The position numbers and the translations under genes are program-made. This document shows positions 8,723-16,481 of a stretch of DNA of 53,920 bases, piece after piece. The notes under the pieces were generated by a model, which worked only from the letters and a program-made list of their open reading frames with translations, did no database searches and was not told the DNA's origin. Positions within the stretch are counted from its first letter, which is position 1. The number at the start of each line of letters is the position of its first letter. Source of the DNA: a virus (taxonomy: Duplodnaviria > Caudoviricetes); the IMG/VR virus record IMGVR_UViG_3300017998_000013, positions 1-53,920 of that record, one strand, 5' to 3'.

Positions 8723-10106
8723 CTACGAATCTTTTATAGAGGCTAAGTCTCAAATATCTTGGAATTATGGGTTCACCCCAACATTTATGCCAGATTTCCT
8801 TTACGATTTTCAATCATATCTTGTTGATTGGGCTGTTCGCACCGGGAGGGGAGGACTTTACTGCGATTGTGGCCTTGGCAAAACCCCCATGCAGCTTGTT
8901 TGGGCCGAGAACGTAGTGAGACATACCAACAAGCCGGTATTGATATTGACCCCCCTTGCCGTGTCATTTCAGACCGTACAGGAAGCTGCGAAGTTTGATA
9001 TAGACGCGCAACGGTCGCATGACGGCAAGCCGTGCAGGAATATCACGGTGACCAATTACGAACAACTCCACCGGTTCGACTGGCGGGATTATGGCGGGTG
9101 CGTCTGTGACGAAAGTTCCATCCTCAAAAACTTTGACGGCAAGCGGAAGGATGAGATAACCCAGTTCATGAGGAAATTACCGTATCGGTTGCTTGCTACG
9201 GCCACCGCTGCCCCTAACGACTTCACAGAGCTAGGTACAAGCAGCGAAGCCCTTGGTGGACTAGGGTATACCGACATGCTGATGAAGTTTTTTAAGAATG
9301 ACCAAAATGTTATAAAGCCGATGACTTACCGGAACAAAGGTCAGAACTTTATGAATCATGAGGACGGGGCAAAATGGCGGCTTAAAGGCCATGCGGAAAT
9401 ACCTTTCTGGCGGTGGGTTGCTTCCTGGTCACGCGCAATGAGAAAGCCATCTGATTTTGGGTTCAACGATGACGAGTTCACATTACCGCCTTTAAACCAG
9501 CAAGAGCACCTTGTTAGGGCCAACAAACTGGCAGAAGGTATGTTGTTTGAAATGCCAGCTTTCGGATTGCGGGAACAGAGAGAGGAAAGCCGCCGGTCTA
9601 TTGAATCCCGTTGCGGCAAGGTTGCGGAACTTGTTGAAACAGGTCAACCGGCCTTGGTGTGGTGCCACCTGAACGACGAAGGAGATTTGTTGGAAAAGAT
9701 CATCCCTGATGCAAGGCAAATCAGCGGCAGAGATTCAGACGAAGCCAAAGAAGAGAAGTTTATGGCGTTTGTTAAAGGTGAAATCCGGGTATTAGTCACG
9801 AAGCCTAAAATCGGCGCATGGGGATTGAACTTCCAACACTGCAATCACGTTATTTTCTTCCCTACCCATTCATTTGAACAAGTCTATCAGGGAGTTAGAC
9901 GGTGTTGGAGGTTCGGCCAGAAACGCCCCGTCACGGTGGATATTGTGACCACAGAAGGGGGCCAAGGGATAATGAAGAACCTCCAGCGCAAGGCAGCCCA
10001 GGCCGACAAGATGTTTACTTCGCTTGTAGCACAAATGAACAATGCAATATCAGTTGAGAACCGGATTAAATTCGATAAAGAAATGGAGGTTCCAAAGTGG
10101 CTATAA
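8688..10106 (+). CDS. SNF2/DEAD-like SF2 helicase
   Basis: GLGKT, DESS, ATATAAPND, TKPKI...GLNFQHC and Q..RRCWRFGQ motifs. Confidence 0.9.
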   Translation: MTNLKHSHLYNSYESFIEAKSQISWNYGFTPTFMPDFLYDFQSYLVDWAVRTGRGGLYCDCGLGKTPMQLVWAENVVRHTNKPVLILTPLAVSFQTVQEAAKFDIDAQRSHDGKPCRNITVTNYEQLHRFDWRDYGGCVCDESSILKNFDGKRKDEITQFMRKLPYRLLATATAAPNDFTELGTSSEALGGLGYTDMLMKFFKNDQNVIKPMTYRNKGQNFMNHEDGAKWRLKGHAEIPFWRWVASWSRAMRKPSDFGFNDDEFTLPPLNQQEHLVRANKLAEGMLFEMPAFGLREQREESRRSIESRCGKVAELVETGQPALVWCHLNDEGDLLEKIIPDARQISGRDSDEAKEEKFMAFVKGEIRVLVTKPKIGAWGLNFQHCNHVIFFPTHSFEQVYQGVRRCWRFGQKRPVTVDIVTTEGGQGIMKNLQRKAAQADKMFTSLVAQMNNAISVENRIKFDKEMEVPKWL

Positions 10107-10154
10107 TGGATATTGTTGTTGCAATCACCTTTATAATAGTTTATGATATCCCTT

Positions 10155-10652
10155 ATGAGAAAACAAACAGCAGAACATATACATAAAAGAAGCCAGTCCA
10201 AAAGAAGGGGTGAATATTTTAAATGTGAAATATGCGCAACCCAATTTTGGAGGAAACCTTACGAAATCAAACAAGGGAACAACCGATTCTGTTCTAAACC
10301 TTGCTATTACGATTATCAAAGAGGGAAGACAAAAGATTTAAGTAACCGAAGAGTATGTAATGGGTCAGAAAACCCAAATTGGAGGGGGGGGAAGACCTCC
10401 ATCCATAAATCTATCCGAGGAAGCAAGGCTATGTCGGTATGGCGCAAAGAGGTTTTTGAACGAGATGATTATACTTGCCGTTCTTGCGGTAATCGAAGTA
10501 AATCAAATAACTACTTAAGAATAGAAGCCCACCATATAAAACCGTTCGCAACATTTCCCGAAGTCAGGTTCAATGTAGACAACGGGATGACCTTATGTAA
10601 AAAATGCCACGATAAAGAGCCAAAAGGGAAAGATATATATCTTATAAATTAG
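10155..10652 (+). CDS. HNH homing endonuclease
   Basis: NPNWRGG, WRKEVFERDDYTCRSCG, AHHIKPF, NGMTLCKKCH. TTGCAA-17bp-TATGAT (10119-10147) suggests the start is ATG 10155 rather than 10143. Confidence 0.85.
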   Translation: MRKQTAEHIHKRSQSKRRGEYFKCEICATQFWRKPYEIKQGNNRFCSKPCYYDYQRGKTKDLSNRRVCNGSENPNWRGGKTSIHKSIRGSKAMSVWRKEVFERDDYTCRSCGNRSKSNNYLRIEAHHIKPFATFPEVRFNVDNGMTLCKKCHDKEPKGKDIYLIN

Positions 10653-10660
10653 GAGCCAAC

Positions 10661-11650
10661 ATGGAAATCATGGAACAAAAAATAACCGACAAATATGCAT
10701 TGTATTGTGGCGATTGTATAACCGTTATGGCCGGGATACCAGACAAATCAATCCATTTTTCCCTATACTCCCCGCCCTTTTGCGGCTTATACCAGTATTC
10801 CAGCCATGAGCGCGACCTGTCCAACTGCGATAGTTACGATCAATTCTTTGAACATTACGAATTTGTGGTGAGCGAAATAACCCGGTTGACGTTGCCCGGC
10901 AGGATGACGGCGGTTCATTGCATGGACACCCCAAAGAGCAACAGCGGAAGGGACGGACTGACAGACTTCCCTGGCGATATTATCCGACTCCATGAAAAGC
11001 ACGGATGGGATTTTATTTGCCGCCATGGAATATGGAAAGAGCCCCTTGCGGTTCGTAACCGTACCATGCAAAAGAACTTGGCTCACATGACGCTCGTCCA
11101 GGATTCTACCTTATGCGGAGTTGCCTCGATGGATCAGCTTTTGATATTCCGCAACAAGGGAGAAAACCCAGTACCAGTTGTCCACCCTATCGGAATGTTG
11201 AACTATGCCGGAGAGCGTCAAATCCCTTCAGATGTCCTTGGATACAGGGGATGGGAAGGAAAGCAAACAGAGAATCGATTCTCCCATTGGATATGGAGAC
11301 AATATGCCTCTTCGTTCTGGGATGACATACGGATTGGCCGGGTGTTACCATTCGAAGCGGCTCGGGATTCGGAAGATGAAAAGCATGTGCATCCCCTCCA
11401 ACTAGATGTTATTGAAAGGGCGATAGTACTAAGAACAAACCCCGGCGAAGTGGTATTGACCCCGTTCATGGGGGTTGGTTCAGAAGTATTCGGCGCGGTG
11501 TCTCTCGGGAGAAAAGGAATAGGCGCGGAACTTAAGCCGTCCTATTACCGGCAATCAGTTAAGAATGTGGACGCCGCCGGTAAGATTCAGAAAGATCAGG
11601 ATTGCTTCAATTTTGATACTGAACCCGACGAAGTTGAAGAGGCAATCTAA
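10661..11650 (+). CDS. Beta-class N4-C/N6-A DNA methyltransferase
   Basis: GDC, catalytic SPPF before the SAM-binding VVLTPFMGVGSE, KHVHPLQL, GAELK.SY. Confidence 0.9.
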   Translation: MEIMEQKITDKYALYCGDCITVMAGIPDKSIHFSLYSPPFCGLYQYSSHERDLSNCDSYDQFFEHYEFVVSEITRLTLPGRMTAVHCMDTPKSNSGRDGLTDFPGDIIRLHEKHGWDFICRHGIWKEPLAVRNRTMQKNLAHMTLVQDSTLCGVASMDQLLIFRNKGENPVPVVHPIGMLNYAGERQIPSDVLGYRGWEGKQTENRFSHWIWRQYASSFWDDIRIGRVLPFEAARDSEDEKHVHPLQLDVIERAIVLRTNPGEVVLTPFMGVGSEVFGAVSLGRKGIGAELKPSYYRQSVKNVDAAGKIQKDQDCFNFDTEPDEVEEAI

Positions 11651-11681
11651 CCCCCCATGAGGAAGGGATGAAAATAATTAC

Positions 11682-11709
11682 TTGACAATTTTCTGACTTT
11701 CTCTATAAT
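11682..11709 (+). promoter_or_regulatory. Consensus sigma70 promoter
   Basis: TTGACA, 16 bp spacer, TATAAT, ending 18 nt before ATG 11728. Confidence 0.7.
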
Positions 11710-11727
11710 GTCTACATTGCTTAAAAT

Positions 11728-12036
11728 ATGGCTGTAAGGAAATCTCCAATGGCTAAACTTACCCTTGAAAAACAGCGATTGCAGGAAGAGTTGATAAAGA
11801 TCAAATCGCGGCTGAAAGAACTGGATAACGCCTCACGTTCAGTCTTGGGCCGGAACATGGTCTATTGGAGAAAACAGCGGGGGATCACCCAACAGGAACT
11901 TGCAGACAGGTTAGGCCAGTCCCGCCCATCCCTTGCCAACATCGAGCGCGGGAAGAACAACACGCCCGTCAACACTCTTTTGAGAATATGCGAAGTTTTG
12001 AACGTCACGCCAAACGATTTACTGCTAGGGCGCTGA
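11728..12036 (+). CDS. XRE/Cro-C1 family HTH regulator with N-terminal coiled coil
   Basis: RKQRGITQQELADRLGQSRPSLANIERG...L.RICEVLNVTPNDLL. Confidence 0.9.
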   Translation: MAVRKSPMAKLTLEKQRLQEELIKIKSRLKELDNASRSVLGRNMVYWRKQRGITQQELADRLGQSRPSLANIERGKNNTPVNTLLRICEVLNVTPNDLLLGR

Positions 12037-12067
12037 GCCCCTGCATCCGGGAAGTGAGGGAGGGAAC

Positions 12068-12358
12068 ATGGGTAACGCGGTAGTTTGTCCACATTGCGGT
12101 CAGTCTCGGATATATCATGCCAGAGAGTTTTCATTCTTTCATCCGCTTGAAGCGGTGCATTGCCCGATTTGCGGCTGGATGCAGTACAGGTGCGTAACCG
12201 TCCGCCCCGATTTTCCCGCGCATGATGCAGGGTACACGTTCGCCTCTCCTGAATCCCGGCAGCGCATTGTGGCAGCGGCAAGGTCAAACGGCAAGCGCAC
12301 CACCCGCGACGCCTTGCGTGCAGCCAACGAGCGGATTAAGGCGGCTATGGGGGAGTAA
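12068..12358 (+). CDS. Zinc-ribbon protein
   Basis: CPHCG...CPICG; SD GGAGGG. Confidence 0.6.
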   Translation: MGNAVVCPHCGQSRIYHAREFSFFHPLEAVHCPICGWMQYRCVTVRPDFPAHDAGYTFASPESRQRIVAAARSNGKRTTRDALRAANERIKAAMGE

Positions 12359-12366
12359 CGGATTGA

Positions 12367-12409
12367 GTTGACGGGCGGGGTCCGTCCCCGTCCAACGTTT
12401 TGTTATTTT
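12367..12409 (+). terminator. Putative intrinsic terminator or processing hairpin
   Basis: GTTGACGGGCGG...CCGTCCCCGTCCAAC followed by GTTTTGTTATTTT. Confidence 0.5.
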
Positions 12410-12554
12410 GCGGTACATGCCATGAGGGGTGTGGCTCCTCCTGAAGCGCCTGATGCGATGCCAATAAGACATCAGGGTTATTCGGGGTCAAGTGTGGAGT
12501 AGGATGCCCGGAAGCGAGGCCGGGACTATCGGAGTTCGACCCTCCGATGCCGCA
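12410..12554 (+). ncRNA. tRNA-like structured RNA with extended anticodon arm
   Basis: Acceptor-like stem GCGGTA/TGCCGC plus discriminator A. T-arm TCGGAG-TTCGACC-CTCCGA. D-like hairpin GCCA/TGGC. Variable hairpin CCCGG/CCGGG. Long central arm CCTGATG/CATCAGG. Confidence 0.6.
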
Positions 12555-12569
12555 ATAGCAAAATACAAG

Positions 12570-12744
12570 CAGCTCACGCGCTCGTTGCGTGTAGCGGGAG
12601 TTAGGAAATGGGTGGTTTTGTAGACCGCCCTGATTGTAGAGAGGAATGGTGCGTATATAGTCTGCAATGTCCCGTCACCTGTTCGGTCGTGATCGCCTGC
12701 CGCCGAGACCAGGCGTGGCGGCATAAGGTCATGGGCGCAAGCTG
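12570..12744 (+). ncRNA. Putative multi-branched structured RNA
   Basis: Nested stems CAGCT/AGCTG, CACGCG/TGCGTG, CGGGA/TCCCG, GGGTGGTTT/AGACCGCCC, ATTGTAGA/TCTGCAAT and TGCCGCC/GGCGGCA in a gap with no credible + strand ORF. Confidence 0.4.
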
Positions 12745-12762
12745 GAAAAGGAGGGCGAGACG

Positions 12763-13431
12763 ATGAGCGAGAAATGGACAGTTGAACAGATTGAGACGTG
12801 GATTGATAACTACGATAGAATGTCATGCCGAGTATCCACCCAAATTATCCGCCAACTTCTCGCCGAGCTTGCCAAATCAAACCGCCTTATTATATCGGCA
12901 GAAAGCCAACTTGTTGCTTGTGAAAAAGAGCTTGCCCTTGCCAAGAAGGAAACAGGGGAATATCTCCAAGAGGTCAACACCATGCACCGATGCAATGACC
13001 TGAATGGCATGGTTCACGAAGCTGTTATGCATGTCATCCGGGGGGAAATTGTCTCGGATTTTGAGCTATCTTTCCGTGACGTGCGAGAAGCATCTGACAA
13101 GATCGAAGAGAGTATCACCCTTGCCATGGAGTTGACCAAACTCCAAGGGATAGACAACCATCCGTTGACGGCCTGTTTTGAGGCTCTGGCGAAGGAATAC
13201 GACCGATCTGTAGCATTGGACACCGCCATGACTGACGGGCATATGCCGTGGGAAGAGATGACCGCTCAAGAGCAATACGACGCGGTGAGCAAGGAATATA
13301 TGGAGTGGCTGGATGCGTATTTTGAATGCAATATCCTCGGCAATCACGGCGAACTTGCCGAACTCATTCACCTGATGAATGTGGCTGGCAAGCGTTTCGA
13401 GCAGCTAACGAAAATGCGGAAGGGGACATAA
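12763..13431 (+). CDS. Coiled-coil protein with possible C-terminal MazG-like all-alpha domain
   Basis: SD AAGGAGG. The C-terminal KEY.E...ELAELIHLMNVA resembles the EXXE...E..D/Q pattern of MazG-like proteins (weak). Confidence 0.6.
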   Translation: MSEKWTVEQIETWIDNYDRMSCRVSTQIIRQLLAELAKSNRLIISAESQLVACEKELALAKKETGEYLQEVNTMHRCNDLNGMVHEAVMHVIRGEIVSDFELSFRDVREASDKIEESITLAMELTKLQGIDNHPLTACFEALAKEYDRSVALDTAMTDGHMPWEEMTAQEQYDAVSKEYMEWLDAYFECNILGNHGELAELIHLMNVAGKRFEQLTKMRKGT

Positions 13432-13881
13432 ATGCTTGAAGATTGGCGGAACTGGACACCTGAGATGGTAGCCGAGCACAATGCGCGGGTACGAGGTCAT
13501 AAATCAACCACTCCGCTTCCGTCCTTGCCCCCAGGCTCGACTTCCCCCTCCAAGGCAGGGGAGAGTGTCAAGAAAGGGAAGAAAGGGGCAAATAAAACGG
13601 AAATGGCCGCTTTCCACTATCTGACGCAATGTTATCGTGGCGCAAGAATACGGTACGAGGCGATCACCTTCCACCTCCAAGCAGAAGCAGCGTACACCCC
13701 TGACTGGCTCGTATCTTTGTCTGAGAATGACACAATGATCTGCGTCGAGGTCAAAAATGCGGCCTACAAACACGCATCTTACGGGCGGTCCCGCCTGGCA
13801 TTTCGTCAGGCGGCCTTGGAGTTCCCCCAGTTCCAATTCATATGGTTAGAACTTCGAAACAATGAATGGGTACTAAACTAA
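13432..13881 (+). CDS. DUF1064-like PD-(D/E)XK endonuclease / putative resolvase
   Basis: NKTE, YEAITF.L, YTPDW.V and VEVK motifs. Confidence 0.75.
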   Translation: MLEDWRNWTPEMVAEHNARVRGHKSTTPLPSLPPGSTSPSKAGESVKKGKKGANKTEMAAFHYLTQCYRGARIRYEAITFHLQAEAAYTPDWLVSLSENDTMICVEVKNAAYKHASYGRSRLAFRQAALEFPQFQFIWLELRNNEWVLN

Positions 13882-13896
13882 AAAAGGAGAAACGAA

Positions 13897-14190
13897 ATGA
13901 ATGGAGGTCAAGGTTCAAACTGTGCAGCGGTTCCGAGAGAAGGGGTAATCCATACCAAAATCGCAGCCATCGAAGAAAACCAAGGGGAGATTCAAAGCCG
14001 TGTGGAGAATCTTTTCGAACGCCTTAACAACCATGTGCTGATGCCAGACCACCCACAGCCCGAAAATGCCAAATGCGACTCAATAGCCACCGCAATGCCG
14101 CCAATGGCCGAGCGGCTTGACCGACTGGCACGGCAGCAAGCCCGTACAATCGGCTTTTTGTCGGACATCCTGCAACGGCTGGAAGTCTGA
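13897..14190 (+). CDS. Hypothetical coiled-coil protein
   Basis: SD AAGGAG; ends ILQRLEV, a common phage small-protein pattern. Confidence 0.65.
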   Translation: MNGGQGSNCAAVPREGVIHTKIAAIEENQGEIQSRVENLFERLNNHVLMPDHPQPENAKCDSIATAMPPMAERLDRLARQQARTIGFLSDILQRLEV

Positions 14191-14221
14191 TGTCGAAAAT
14201 AAACAACAGGAGGGTAAACTC

Positions 14222-14614
14222 ATGAAACAGATTATCTTGGCAGCATTGACTATCACGTTACTCGGCGCAACGATGGCAACCGCAAACGATCAGGAATGCA
14301 GGCCACAACCTCAACAGTCAACCGGCTGGTATTTCTGGTCATACCTGCCAGGATTCAATGTGCGGTACGGAGAGCTCTACCCAGATCTGCGGTCATGTGG
14401 CGCTGCCATGGTGACATTTGCAACACTGGTCAACCCGGTATCTCTTTCTGGTCCTCCACATGCTGAGAAATACACAATTCGCAATCTTCAATACATGACC
14501 TGTATGCCCCAGTCCAGCCAGTCAACAGCGGATTTGAGCGTATTGCCATCAGTGTCAGGAGGGGCGTTTGTAGTCAACCAACAAGGCAGTCTCGTATTCA
14601 ACAAAACGGAGTGA
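14222..14614 (+). CDS. Secreted hypothetical protein
   Basis: SD GGAGGG; signal peptide MKQIILAALTITLLGATMATA. Confidence 0.65.
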   Translation: MKQIILAALTITLLGATMATANDQECRPQPQQSTGWYFWSYLPGFNVRYGELYPDLRSCGAAMVTFATLVNPVSLSGPPHAEKYTIRNLQYMTCMPQSSQSTADLSVLPSVSGGAFVVNQQGSLVFNKTE

Positions 14615-14618
14615 CGCC

Positions 14619-15077
14619 ATGAAGAAACTCGACATCAAATGGAGCGTCATTGTGGTACTCACGTTGGCCACCCTCATTATCATTTACTTTCTCCACTCAT
14701 GCAGCAGCAAGGAAACCGCGCCTCCTGAAACGTGGGAAACAAGCGGGTACATCCCGCCCATCCAAAAGCAAATGACGTGCGTCCGCACAGAAAAACAATT
14801 GAGGTGTTGGCAATCGAATATCCCCACACACCCAAAGATTCTCCGCGCCAAAGCCCCTCTCACTAAGCGGCGAGGAAAAATAAAATGGCATAAGATTGTC
14901 CCTGGCAGAACGTATGTTTTATGGTCTGATGGAGAAGAGGGAGACATTACAGAGGTCAGTACAACTTGCGTGCCGGGGCAGTACATCCCTGAATCCGGTG
15001 ATCACTGCGGGGCAGAGTTGACGGTGGGGACGTGGACAGCCGAAGATATAAAAATGGAAAGGGGCAACGATGAATAA
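14619..15077 (+). CDS. Membrane-anchored or lipoprotein-like hypothetical protein
   Basis: N-terminal hydrophobic segment ending LHSC. Confidence 0.55.
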   Translation: MKKLDIKWSVIVVLTLATLIIIYFLHSCSSKETAPPETWETSGYIPPIQKQMTCVRTEKQLRCWQSNIPTHPKILRAKAPLTKRRGKIKWHKIVPGRTYVLWSDGEEGDITEVSTTCVPGQYIPESGDHCGAELTVGTWTAEDIKMERGNDE

Positions 15078-15381
15078 ACTCATCTTAACGTTGGCAATCG
15101 TTTTATTCGCCACATTGGCTGTTGCAGCAGAAGATTCTGACACATGGACCCACGGCGTGAAAGCAGAATATTCCCCTACATGGGTCAGAGGGGAAGAGGA
15201 ATTGCAGCTACTCATTGGAATGTATTGGACAGGTTATGTTATAGTCCTCAACCACGATAAGGACAGCGCACCCTATACTTTGGTAGACCCGGATCACCGC
15301 CAATATACTTATTGGATGTTATCTGCCGCTAAAGACGATGGTATTAGAAACTATACCGAGAGAAAGGAGATCCAAAAATAA
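15070..15381 (+). CDS. Secreted hypothetical protein
   Basis: Signal peptide MNKLILTLAIVLFATLAVA. Confidence 0.6.
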   Translation: MNKLILTLAIVLFATLAVAAEDSDTWTHGVKAEYSPTWVRGEEELQLLIGMYWTGYVIVLNHDKDSAPYTLVDPDHRQYTYWMLSAAKDDGIRNYTERKEIQK

Positions 15382-15642
15382 ATGACTAAACTCATCTTCG
15401 CATCACTCATCCTTTTGCTGATGGCGGGGTGTAGCGGCATACCAGACTACTTTTGTCACCGTGTTTACAGTAACATGAACTATACCAATGACCAATTTCA
15501 CAAGGCGGTAGCGGAAAGGAATCGTAACGCTACATTGGAATCTGAACGGGAGGCAGGGCGGTGGTATGGGGAGTCGCAAGTCTGGACAGACCTATACTTT
15601 TATTTCGCTGCCGAATGCGATAGGAGGTGGACCAGAGAATGA
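15382..15642 (+). CDS. Lipoprotein
   Basis: Lipobox LMAGC after a hydrophobic h-region. Confidence 0.65.
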   Translation: MTKLIFASLILLLMAGCSGIPDYFCHRVYSNMNYTNDQFHKAVAERNRNATLESEREAGRWYGESQVWTDLYFYFAAECDRRWTRE

Positions 15643-15968
15643 AAACCTTTATCATCATATCATTTCTTCTGATGGCGGGGGCGGCGTGGGGAGGGGAAAC
15701 AGAGAGTGTGAATTACGATATCAAATATCTCAAAGCAAATCTGACAATAGATGAGGTTTACACTCAAGGGATGCAAGATGCTGTAGACTGCTATGGCGAG
15801 GCAATACATCTACTGGAGCAAATATCCCCCAGCAAAAAATATCGCAAGGCCCATGCAGCTTCGTGGAAGTTGCCTAATTTTACCGGATGCCTTGCAGAGA
15901 AAAAAGCTAAGCAACTTGATCAGTACAAAGACCCTTATGAATCATTGCCGTCGGATGGTAACAAGTAA
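15639..15968 (+). CDS. Secreted hypothetical protein
   Basis: Signal peptide MKTFIIISFLLMAGAAWG; ATGA overlap with the upstream gene. Confidence 0.6.
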   Translation: MKTFIIISFLLMAGAAWGGETESVNYDIKYLKANLTIDEVYTQGMQDAVDCYGEAIHLLEQISPSKKYRKAHAASWKLPNFTGCLAEKKAKQLDQYKDPYESLPSDGNK

Positions 15969-16123
15969 CTAACCCGCGAAAGGAGAAGGGAAAACGACCG
16001 TCAACCACTGAGAACAAAAGGAGGTGCGACATTGAACCGTTATCGACACATGAGGTAATCAGGAACCTTGTTCACGCAATGAGATATTTAACCCAAGCAG
16101 CGCAATTTCTTAGGAGGCATCAC

Positions 16124-16417
16124 ATGGCAACGGACCCCGAAGTACAGGCCCTCGGCGACGCAATCACAAACGCCGAAACAGCGGCAGCGGCAGCGGAAAC
16201 GCTCCTTGATTCACTGGCGCAGCAGAATCAGGCGCAGCAGGAAGAAATATCCGTCCTTCAGACCAAGCTCGCATCCGGCAACCAGATCGTCGCCGCTGAC
16301 CTGGACCCTCTGAAGATCAGGGCGCAGGCCATGGCCGACGCGCTCACTGCGAGAGTGACAGCGGATACCCCGGCGACACCGGGGCCCACCCCGACTGAAG
16401 GCGGGTCCCCCTCTTAA
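16124..16417 (+). CDS. Ala/Gln-rich coiled-coil protein with Pro-rich tail
   Basis: SD AGGAGG before MATDPEV; last gene of the + arm. Confidence 0.65.
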   Translation: MATDPEVQALGDAITNAETAAAAAETLLDSLAQQNQAQQEEISVLQTKLASGNQIVAADLDPLKIRAQAMADALTARVTADTPATPGPTPTEGGSPS

Positions 16418-16446
16418 TTTATGTGAATAGGTATCGTAGAGAAAGG

Positions 16447-16478
16447 AAAGCCCCGGCCAATTAAGACCGGGGCTTTTT
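16447..16478. terminator. Bidirectional rho-independent terminator between the converging arms
   Basis: AAAGCCCCGG-loop-CCGGGGCTTTTT located between the two convergent stop codons. Confidence 0.8.
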
Positions 16479-16481
16479 GCT

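Noticed and set aside
12410-12554. Canonical tRNA or tmRNA
   Set aside because: No 7-nt anticodon loop on a 5-bp stem. Too long for a tRNA, too short for tmRNA, and lacks the G3-U70 alanine identity pair.
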